Shown: in pieces, positions 8,734 to 16,317 of the stretch | Layout of the letters: every line of letters starts with the position of its first letter | How positions within the stretch are numbered: the first letter of the stretch is position 1 | Program-made: the position numbers and the translations under genes | Assembly: GCA_000004985.1 (NCBI GenBank) | Contig: GG738950.1 | DNA length: 20,111 nt | Reading direction: 5' to 3' (one strand) | Source of the DNA: Naegleria gruberi | Lineage: Eukaryota | Notes under the pieces: generated by a model | Told to the model about the DNA's origin: nothing | Databases searched by the model: none | The model's input: only the letters and a program-made list of their open reading frames with translations

Positions 8734-10829
8734 ATGCAAAAGATTGGTTCAAATATTAAGAAAATTAAGAAGGGTTATTCATCATCCAACCCCCTTAGAA
8801 ATTGTATTAATAATACTCAACATTGTTCTTATTCCGATTATCAATCTCATCATTCATTTTCTAAAGATGTTATATTTACTAATGAAGTATGTTTAATATT
8901 CTCTCTAAAAATATTCATCTTACAATCATCATAATGTATCTTACTATTCATCATCATACAATCATATTATTATTGTATATATTATTTTTATCAATTAAGA
9001 GTGGTATTGATGTAATGAATAATGGATTATTAAATAAGGGAACATCATTTAGTAAAACAGAACGTGATAGATTAGGTATTAGAGGGTTAATTCCACCAAC
9101 AGTTTCAAATATAGATACTCAATTAATGAGATTAAAAGAAAGATTTAGTACCATTCAAACAGATATTGAAAAGTATCAATTTTGTACACAATTACATGAT
9201 CGTAATGAGACTTTATTTTACTATTTTATTGTAAATAATATTAAGGAATTAGCTCCAATTATTTATACACCAACTGTTGGAAAGGCTTGTGAAAACTTTT
9301 CACATATTTTCCGTAAACCAAGAGGAATGTTCTTTTCAACTTTAGATAAAGGTGAAATGAAATCAATGGTTTATAATTGGCCAGTTGAAGAAGTTGATGT
9401 TATAGTTGTAACTGATGGTGGTAGAATTTTAGGTTTAGGTGATTTGGGTGCTAATGGTGATGGTATTCCAATTGGTAAATTATCTTTATACGTTGCTGCA
9501 GGTGGTATTAATCCAGGAAGAGTTTTACCTGTTTTATTGGTATGTTTAATGATTTATATACATGTATATATTTAATATTCTTATTATTTAACCTTAATGA
9601 ATCTATTAATATATGAAATCAAATATATGAAATCAAACATAATATGAAATCAAATATATATGAAAATATAGGATGTTGGTACAAATAATGAAAAGTTATT
9701 TAATGATCCATTATATTTAGGATTGAGACAAAAGAGATTAACAGGACCTGAATATTATGAACTAGTTGAGGAATGGGTAGATGCCATAGTTTCAAGATGG
9801 CCAAATGTATTAATTCAATGGGAAGATTTTTCAAGTGATAAAGCAGATGCACTCTTACAAAAATATCGTGATAGAATTTTATGTTTCAATGATGATATTC
9901 AAGGAACTGCAAGTGTTATTCTATCAGGTGTTTTAAATTGTTTAAGAGCTACTGGTCAATCATTTTCAGATATAACAAAACAAAAGATTTTAATTGTTGG
10001 TTCAGGTGCTGCTGGAATGGGTGTTGTTTCTGGTTTGAAAGAAGCAATGAAAAGAGAAGGTTTAACTGAAGAAGAAGCATTGAAGAATTTTTATATTGTT
10101 GATAAAGATGGTTTATTAACAAGTGAAAGATTAAATGAAATGGGATCAACATTATCTGATACTGCAAAAATGTTTGCTTATGCTAGAAATGATATGAAAG
10201 AAGGATCATCACTACTTGATGTTGTAAAACAAGCTGAACCAGATATTTTATTAGGAATGTCAAGTCAACCTGGATTATTCTGTGAAGAAGTATTAACATA
10301 TTTTAATTCAGCATGTAAGAGAAAGGGAAAGACACCAATTGTATTCCCACTTTCAAATCCAACATCTAAGGCAGAATGTACAGCTGAATCAGTATTTAAA
10401 ATAACAGATGGAAATGCTATTTTTGCAAGTGGATCACCATTTAATCCTGTACCATTACCTAATGGACAAGTTATTCAAACATCACAAGCAAATAATATGT
10501 TTGCTTATCCAGGTGTTGGTTTAGCTGCTGTTTTATCAGGATGTAATACTATATCAGATAATATGTTTTATGCTGCTTCTAAATCACTTGCTGCAACTGT
10601 TTCAGATGAAGCATTGAAGAGAAAGGAAATTTATCCACATGTTGAAGATATTAGAGAAGTTAGTAAGAAGGTTGCAATTGGTGTAATGAGACAAGCATAT
10701 TATGAAGGTAATGCAAAGAAACTTAAACATTTACCAAAGGAATTTATTGATTCTGATATTGAAATGGATAAATATGTATCAACAAGAATGTGGACTCCAA
10801 AATATGTACCAATTGTCGTAAAGGATTAA
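8734..10829 (+). CDS. malic enzyme (NAD(P)-dependent malate dehydrogenase, decarboxylating), 3 exons, ~616 aa, with a Lys-rich N-terminal extension
   Basis: Exons are 8734-8886, 9000-9539 and 9672-10829. Both introns are phase 0, start GTATGT, end with AG, and measure 113 nt (8887-8999) and 132 nt (9540-9671). Family motifs are present: LLNKGTSFSKTERDRLGIRGLIPP, VVTDGGRILGLGDLGANGDGIPIGKLSLYVAAGG, |DVGTNNEKLFNDPLYLGLRQKR, QWEDF, CFNDDIQGTASV and IVGSGAAGMGV (a Rossmann-fold motif). The stop is TAA 10827-10829. Exon 1 encodes MQKIGSNIKKIKKGYSSSNPLRN..., with an optional upstream TTG at 8710. Confidence 0.85.
9611..9655 (+). repeat. intronic tandem repeat (~14 bp x3: atatgaaatcaaaY)
   Basis: atatgaaatcaaat / atatgaaatcaaac / ataatatgaaatcaaat inside intron 2 of the malic enzyme gene. 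Confidence 0.5.
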
Positions 10830-10978
10830 ATTATTTTTTTATATTTATTTATTCGAATTGAAATTGAATTTAACTTGTTAGAGTAGATTGAATTCATATA
10901 CCATATTAAGAATATTAACTTTAAAGGATGAATTGGTAACAATAGAAATTTGTTAATTTGATTTTAGAGAAGAAAAAA

Positions 10979-11677
10979 ATGGTAAAGACTACATCAACCA
11001 AATCATTATTTTCATCTTTATCATCACCAGACTCATCATTAACCTCTTCATCATCTTCAAATTTTGAATCTTTATTTGAAAAATCTAAAAGTCAATTTGA
11101 TCAAATTTCACTAGAATTTGAATTAATCCTAAATACTTATAAACTTAAATCACAAAAATTAGATCTCACTGAAAGGAAATTAACTAAAAAGGAGAAATTA
11201 TTGAAAGAGAGAGAATTACACCTTAATGAAAGAGAAACTATTGTAAAAGAACATGAAGAATATTTTAATTGTTTAGAAAAGAAATTATCAATCACCACAA
11301 CAATTGAAACTAAATTAGGAAAAAATCAAAAAGTTAAATTAGATATCGGTGGTAAAATATTTGTAACAACTTTATCAACATTAACAAGTGTTAAAGATAC
11401 ATTCTTTACTGGTTATTTTAATGATCATTTCAATCCAACCGTTGAAGATGATGATAATTCATTCTTTATTGATAGACCAAATGAACAATTTCATTTAATT
11501 TTAAATTATTTGAGAGGAATTGATATTAAATGTAAAATAGCAAGTTTAAATGAATGTGATTTAAATGATTTTATTGAAGAAATTGTTTATTATCAATTAA
11601 CACCTATATATGAAATATTGCCCTCCAATGGAATTGATATTTTGAGAACAAAATATTCCATTAATAGTAATCCTTAA
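10979..11677 (+). CDS. KCTD-like BTB/POZ (K+ channel tetramerisation T1-type) domain protein with an N-terminal Ser-rich and coiled-coil region, 232 aa
   Basis: ATG in an aaaaaaATGg context; the track's 10958 start is a TTG. The segment VKLDIGGKIFVTTLSTLTSVKDTFFTGYFNDHFNPTVEDDDNSFFIDRPNEQFHLILNYLRG matches the T1/BTB_2 consensus (V.LNVGG..F.T...TL....S.L..........D..G.YFIDRDG..F..ILNYLR.G). The preceding KLDLTERKLTKKEKLLKERELHLNERETIVKEHEEYF is heptad-like and charged. The stop is TAA 11675-11677. Confidence 0.7.
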   Translation: MVKTTSTKSLFSSLSSPDSSLTSSSSSNFESLFEKSKSQFDQISLEFELILNTYKLKSQKLDLTERKLTKKEKLLKERELHLNERETIVKEHEEYFNCLEKKLSITTTIETKLGKNQKVKLDIGGKIFVTTLSTLTSVKDTFFTGYFNDHFNPTVEDDDNSFFIDRPNEQFHLILNYLRGIDIKCKIASLNECDLNDFIEEIVYYQLTPIYEILPSNGIDILRTKYSINSNP

Positions 11678-12004
11678 ATAATAAACTTATTTTAGCAATA
11701 CCTTATTTAATAGCTAATCAAGGCCACGAATGAGAGAAGAAGATTTTTTGAAGCTAGCTTTCCAACAACTAAGAATTAACAGAGTTGGAACCAATCTTGT
11801 TCAATTACCTAATAAAATTGAGTGGTGGAGATCAAACATAGACCAAGTTCCCTTATTCGAAAATGCAGTCCAAAGAAACTAACTATTTAATCCAATAAGT
11901 TAAATAAATAAAATATCCATTCTTATATATCCTTCTGTTGATAAAATTATGAAAATTCACCAAGGCCCCAGTATCTGCTTAGTATTTTTACCTTAAATCA
12001 TGAA

Positions 12005-12010
12005 GGGGTT

Positions 12011-12041
<31 letters not shown>

Positions 12042-12077
12042 TGCAGAAGGTCTAGGGTTCGATTCCCTATGACTCCA
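12005..12077 (+). tRNA. tRNA-Ala(UGC): tRNA-Ala (anticodon UGC)
   Basis: 73-nt cloverleaf. Acceptor GGGGTTA pairs with TGACTCC and carries the Ala identity pair G3:U70; the discriminator is A. The D arm is AGCTCAGTTGGTAGAGC, an A-box match. The anticodon arm is TCTGC-TTTGCAT-GCAGA with TGC. The T arm is TAGGG-TTCGATT-CCCTA. Confidence 0.85.
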
Positions 12078-12081
12078 TTTT
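12078..12081 (+). terminator. RNA polymerase III terminator T-run (TTTT) directly after tRNA-Ala
   Basis: ccaTTTTgcac follows the discriminator base. Confidence 0.5.
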
Positions 12082-12159
12082 GCACAATTTTGTACATATA
12101 AAAATCTAGTTGATATAAACTCTTACTATAATTTATTCCCTTATAACACCTTAATGTAT

Positions 12160-12219
12160 TCCCGTGTAGGATACCTGGCTTTCACCCAGGAGGTCCGGGT
12201 TCAATTCCCGGCATGGGAG
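12160..12219 (+). pseudogene. tRNA-Glu (UUC)-like sequence with a 12-nt deletion of the D-stem 5' half and D-loop (probable tRNA pseudogene)
   Basis: The sequence TCCCGTG-TA-GGATA-CCTGG-CTTTCAC-CCAGG-AGGTC-CGGGT-TCAATTC-CCGG-CATGGGA-G is 60 nt. The acceptor stem, the anticodon arm with TTC, the variable loop and the T arm (B box GGTTCAATTCC) all match eukaryotic tRNA-Glu. Only 5 nt (GGATA) lie between position 9 and the anticodon stem, where about 17 are expected, so the A-box region is missing. TTTTT at 12229-12233 follows. It lies 82 bp downstream of tRNA-Ala on the same strand. Confidence 0.5.
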
Positions 12220-12316
12220 AATATGTTGTTTTTAAGGATTATAATATTAACAATAGCAAATAATCTTTGAATGCTAGAATTAGAATATAAATGTTTCGAA
12301 TTAATAAAATGAATTG

Positions 12317-12344
12317 TAACCTTTGTAATTCGATACAAAGGTTA
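12317..12344. repeat. perfect 11-bp inverted repeat with a 6-nt loop (taacctttgta-attcga-tacaaaggtta)
   Basis: Read directly from 12317-12344 in an intergenic stretch about 100 bp downstream of the tRNA-Glu-like sequence. Confidence 0.6.
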
Positions 12345-12881
12345 TAACTTAATAATAGGAGTAACCCTGATAATGAGATAGGTTCAAAATTCGAGTTTGG
12401 ATTTGTTATTTACAAATTTAACTGAATTGAAAAATACTTCCTCCTTTTTAATGATAAATGACATGGAAATGAAGTCACTTGCTTGCAACCATTCTTGAGT
12501 TGTTTCTTTGGATGGACTCCTTATCTGATGATAATCACCACTGTGGAATTTAACATCAAAAGAAATACGAAACAACAATACACCAGAAAGATTGCTATTG
12601 CTTTGATTTGTGTACAGAAAAGAACAAGTTGAATAATTCCTTTGTTCGCAACGAAACTCATATCAAAACTGTTTCGATAATAACATTTATGTTTGAATCA
12701 GCAGAACAGTTCAACTCAACTTTCCATCAAAATTAAACAGACCTGAATGACCAATTGGAAAACCACAAAAACTATGGAATTCAAGAAGGAGATAGAGAGT
12801 ATGAAATTATTTTATAGAGAAAGTTTGAGATATTCCACTTTTATTCGTTGAATTTCAAATCTAAAGTTATATGTAAAAATT

Positions 12882-12962
12882 CGCGGTCTACAGGATTCGA
12901 ACCTGTGCGGGTCGCCCCAATTGATTTCTAGTCAATCACCTTAACCACTCGGTCAAGACCGC
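12882..12962 (-). tRNA. tRNA-Ser(AGA): tRNA-Ser (anticodon AGA)
   Basis: The reverse complement reads GCGGTCT-TG-ACCGAGTGGTTAAGGT-GATTGACTAGAAATCAATT-GGGGCGACCCGC (long variable arm)-ACAGGTTCGAATCCTGT-AGACCGC-G. It is 81 nt and matches eukaryotic tRNA-Ser class II architecture. The anticodon loop CTAGAAA has AGA at positions 34-36. The minus-strand T-run TTTTT (plus-strand AAAAA at 12875-12879) sits 2 nt past the 3' end. Confidence 0.8.
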
Positions 12963-13669
12963 TTCACATCAATGCCATAAATATTGCTACAGAGATTATT
13001 TAGAGGTTGTATTGAGCTAATCATCCAAAAGAAATCCATTTGCTTCCTTATATTTGAAGTCATATAGTTTCCAATTTCCTTTCTTCCATGATAGTAATTA
13101 TCTATTGTGAGAGCATCCATTGCAAAATTCAAATTATTACGCAATCTATTGGATGCATAACCAAAAGCAGATGAAAATTGTTTAATTCCTGCCATAATAA
13201 CATCTTCATCATCCTTCAACTTGTCAGATATGTAGTACATAAAACTTGAATCACCATTCATTCTACATGAATCTATTGTATCCATAACAAACGATTTTGA
13301 GTCTCTCAACTCTTCAGAAGCATATTGGAAACAATTAGTAGTCTCACGGACAGCCATTGTCATGATAGAACGATCACCCAACAAATCTGAATCAAAATAT
13401 TTGACAACCTCCTCAGCCTTCGAATCCCAATCAATGATGGCCTTCTCAATGAATTCCTTTTTCTTTTTCAAACGATCGGATAAGAATCGATAGGTTGTAG
13501 GTGAATGTTCTAAAGCCTTTGCCATCCAATATTCATCATCATTATTAGGAAAATCATGTACTCCAAATACATATTCTATATCTTCCGGATTGACATTAAT
13601 AAATTCAGTGGTAATAAATTCTTCCATAGATAAATTTGCATAGGAAGAAGCTACTGGTTGTTCTGACAT
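12953..13669 (-). CDS. hypothetical protein with ~35-aa repeats resembling DUF4116-type repeats, 238 aa
   Basis: ATG at rc 13667-13669 after an A-rich leader. Three repeats of similar pattern, WMAKALEHSPTTYRFLSDRLKKKKEFIEKAIID / TMAVRETTNCFQYASEELRDSKSFVMDTIDSC / IMAGIKQFSSAFGYASNRLRNNLNFAMDALTID, match the DUF4116 repeat signature as I recall it (a..a.....L.YAS..L..d.efvl.A). The TGA stop (rc 12953-12955) lies inside the first 10 nt of the downstream tRNA-Ser(AGA). Confidence 0.5.
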   Translation of the reverse strand: MSEQPVASSYANLSMEEFITTEFINVNPEDIEYVFGVHDFPNNDDEYWMAKALEHSPTTYRFLSDRLKKKKEFIEKAIIDWDSKAEEVVKYFDSDLLGDRSIMTMAVRETTNCFQYASEELRDSKSFVMDTIDSCRMNGDSSFMYYISDKLKDDEDVIMAGIKQFSSAFGYASNRLRNNLNFAMDALTIDNYYHGRKEIGNYMTSNIRKQMDFFWMISSIQPLNNLCSNIYGIDVKRS

Positions 13670-13789
13670 TTTTTTTGTTTTTTATTAATAAACGATGAAC
13701 TTTGGCCTTTAACCAAAGGCTAAAAAGGTAACAAAGGTTCAGACTTCATAATTAGAATAAAAAACAAAGCATAAAATCAAAAATTCACA

Positions 13790-13870
13790 CGCAGACTGCA
13801 GGATTCGAACCTACGAAGGTTTCCCCAACAGATTTCAAGTCTGTCGCCTTAACCACTCGGCCAAGTCTGC
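13790..13870 (-). tRNA. tRNA-Ser(UGA): tRNA-Ser (anticodon UGA)
   Basis: The reverse complement reads GCAGACT-TG-GCCGAGTGGTTAAGGC-GACAGACTTGAAATCTGTT-GGGGAAACCTTC (variable arm)-GTAGGTTCGAATCCTGC-AGTCTGC-G, 81 nt. The anticodon loop CTTGAAA has TGA. A minus-strand T5 (plus-strand AAAAA at 13779-13783) follows the 3' end. Confidence 0.8.
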
Positions 13871-14012
13871 TACGATTAGATTAAAGAATTAATATATAAA
13901 GTTTGTATTAAGAACCTTGGTTCACCAATCAATTCTAATTTTGAATCTATTCTCAATTGTTTCAAGATGATAATGAAAGGAAACCCTCCCAGTTAAGTTT
14001 TTACAAAAAAAA

Positions 14013-15986
14013 ATGAACTCACTTCCTACAGACACAATTTTATACTTAATGGATTTTATGATCATTCCATCGGGTGAATATAAAAACATATTTTCATTAA
14101 ATCGACATTGGAAAGAAGCAACGGAGGAAAATCCTGAATTTTGGTTAAGACAATTAGCAGGCTTGTTTTTTATGATTTGTAAAGAAAAGGAAAATATTGG
14201 AGGTGATTCTAATACGGAATTGCCATCACCAACATCATCTTCATCCTCAACTTTGGATCAATCAAAGTCAATTACTACTGGTCATCAATTGTTTTCTATT
14301 CAAGGCTTGAATTATTTTCAATTTTATTGTAAATTCTTTTGTAATAGGAAAGGAATGCACCATTTAATGAAACATCAACCAGTTTTAAAGAAGATTTTTA
14401 AAAAAGTTGCTGATTTTCTTGTAATTATTGAAATGAGAGAACATAATGAAAAAATTGAAGATTTTAGTTTAATTAGAAAAACATTTCTAAATTTAAATTC
14501 GAATATTAAGGGATATGTAAAGACTAAATTTGAAAAGGAAAAATTATCAATGTTGACACATTCAAAAGTATTTGATTATTATCAACAATATCAATTCTTT
14601 TTTAAGGATGAATATGAAATTAATCAAGATTTAATTAATTCAAAAACTGATACAAGTTATGACGTATATTGGACCTATTTACTTTCATACACTAAAAGTA
14701 TTGAACAACAGAAAGGATTGGATCTATTACAATTGTTTCTAGATAATAATATTTATTCTAAACAATATTTTATTAGAAAGGTAGCAACTTTGATATTATT
14801 ATTGACACTTTCAGAAATAGAAGATGAATCATACCGAGAAAAAGTATTTGAATTATTATTGAAAATATTGAAGAAATATTTTCAAACTTCAATTGCTTCG
14901 AATTTTACTGCCAAGTATGAAAAGGGAAGCGAATTATTTTCATTCATGTTGTTTGATCCGTATGAAACGGCTAGAATTAAATTGAAATATATTGAGAGAG
15001 TGAAACAAGAAATTGCTCCAAGTATTGTTTCAAAAGGTTTTGACAAACAGGCAAAAGACCTCAAAATAATCTATACTCAAACTGAACTAATTGATCTAGT
15101 AGGAAGTACAGATTTTTATCAATTAATTGGATACATTTTACAAAATTTCCATTGTGATCCTGTTATGCTTGATAAAATACTATCACGTGCCATTAATAGA
15201 ATAACCATTTTAGAATTTTACAAACAATCAAAAATAACGTACAGCAAAGTTTGCAATTTGAAGTTTTTTATTTCCAATGATGATTTTCAGTTTGAATTTG
15301 AGGAGGTACTTCCTATTATACTTAAACATTACGAAACTGATGGAAAGGATATGAGGCAATTAATCAAAGATTTCCAAAAATCAACTGAACCATTTAATGA
15401 AATTTTACGATTAGGAAATAATTTAGAAATGTTGAGAATTAGGTTACGATACTTTTTCAAACTCTATTCTCAATTTTTTACAAAGGATCAAATCAAGATG
15501 TTCCTTAAACATGCCTATTTCCACTCTGGAATGATTGGACAAAGTCATAACATTGAGGTTACTAAAATCTTTTTCGAAGATTATCAATTGACTCCATCAG
15601 ATTGTTCAATGGTTGTAACCTCGATAAATCCGTCAATATTCAAATGGACTGAAGATATTCAGAATGCAGTCCATAATTTTCCATCCAAATTTACGCCACA
15701 TAAGAAACCTAAAGAATTTAAAATGCACCCAATTGTGAATCACATTCTTACTAGAAGGGATAGAGATCATATTGGTAATTTAGATGGATTTGTGGAAATT
15801 TGTGGAGATGATAGAGTTGTAATTCCTCTCCTTCTCGATCATAATGGAGCTTCTCGTGATGTCAAGCAACATATTTATGTAGATTATATGGAGCAAAAGA
15901 AAAAGGAACAAGCCTACAGATACGTAATCAAATACATCACCTTAAAGGAATTGATTAAGAGCCCAAATATGAAAATACTGTACTAA
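14013..15986 (+). CDS. hypothetical protein with an N-terminal F-box-like motif, 657 aa, single exon
   Basis: ATG in an aaaaaaaaaATG context; 1974-nt ORF, TAA stop at 15984-15986. The N-terminal LPTDTILYLMDFMIIPSGEYKNIFSLNRHWKEATEENPEFW matches the F-box consensus (LP.EIL..IF..L......L..V.K.W........LW). I recognise no other domain. Confidence 0.55.
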   Translation: MNSLPTDTILYLMDFMIIPSGEYKNIFSLNRHWKEATEENPEFWLRQLAGLFFMICKEKENIGGDSNTELPSPTSSSSSTLDQSKSITTGHQLFSIQGLNYFQFYCKFFCNRKGMHHLMKHQPVLKKIFKKVADFLVIIEMREHNEKIEDFSLIRKTFLNLNSNIKGYVKTKFEKEKLSMLTHSKVFDYYQQYQFFFKDEYEINQDLINSKTDTSYDVYWTYLLSYTKSIEQQKGLDLLQLFLDNNIYSKQYFIRKVATLILLLTLSEIEDESYREKVFELLLKILKKYFQTSIASNFTAKYEKGSELFSFMLFDPYETARIKLKYIERVKQEIAPSIVSKGFDKQAKDLKIIYTQTELIDLVGSTDFYQLIGYILQNFHCDPVMLDKILSRAINRITILEFYKQSKITYSKVCNLKFFISNDDFQFEFEEVLPIILKHYETDGKDMRQLIKDFQKSTEPFNEILRLGNNLEMLRIRLRYFFKLYSQFFTKDQIKMFLKHAYFHSGMIGQSHNIEVTKIFFEDYQLTPSDCSMVVTSINPSIFKWTEDIQNAVHNFPSKFTPHKKPKEFKMHPIVNHILTRRDRDHIGNLDGFVEICGDDRVVIPLLLDHNGASRDVKQHIYVDYMEQKKKEQAYRYVIKYITLKELIKSPNMKILY

Positions 15987-16033
15987 GTTCTAAAAGTGCT
16001 ATGTAATAAAAATTTCATGGCTCGCCACGTTTA

Positions 16034-16104
16034 CCGTCTCGGGAGGAATCGAACCTCCGTCAATGGATTCAAAGTCCACTATGCTACCATTACACCACGA
16101 GACG
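16034..16104 (-). tRNA. tRNA-Gln(UUG): tRNA-Gln (anticodon UUG)
   Basis: The reverse complement reads CGTCTCG-TG-GTGT-AATGGTA-GCAT-A-GTGGA-CTTTGAA-TCCAT-TGAC-GGAGG-TTCGATT-CCTCC-CGAGACG-G, 71 nt, with a perfect 7-bp acceptor stem. The D-arm and anticodon arm closely resemble eukaryotic tRNA-Gln (GGTGTAATGGT.AGCA...GGACTTTGAATCC). The unusual feature is C1:G72 at the start of the acceptor. A minus-strand T5 (plus-strand AAAAA 16010-16014) follows. Confidence 0.7.
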
Positions 16105-16317
16105 AGCACATTCATTTTGAAATTTTAACATTCATATTTAATATTCTTTTATCATTTTCTTGTTAAGCTCTATTCGCTACTATTATCTATTCGCATTCCA
16201 TCGATCTGTGGCCAGATCACGTTTCAAAGTTTCATATTAGGTCTTTTGATATTGAGAATCTTGTTGGACAACAATGCATTTCCAGCAAATACACAACTCC
16301 TGAAAAAAAGAAACAAC

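Noticed and set aside
9949-10167. Minus-strand ORF 9949..10167 inside malic enzyme exon 3
   Set aside because: It is antisense to a well-supported conserved coding frame.
11730-11882. Unlisted 50-aa ATG ORF (MREEDFLKLAFQQLRINRVGTNLVQLPNKIEWWRSNIDQVPLFENAVQRN)
   Set aside because: It is below any confident length threshold and I recognise no family. It could be a real small gene or the last exon of one, but the evidence is insufficient.
12384-12578. ORF 12384..12578 (-), 64 aa
   Set aside because: It is short, has no good start context and no recognisable similarity, and sits in a stretch between tRNA genes that otherwise looks non-coding.
14882-15064. Minus-strand ORF 14882..15064 inside the 657-aa F-box-like gene
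   Set aside because: It is antisense to a much longer ORF with an ATG in a good context.
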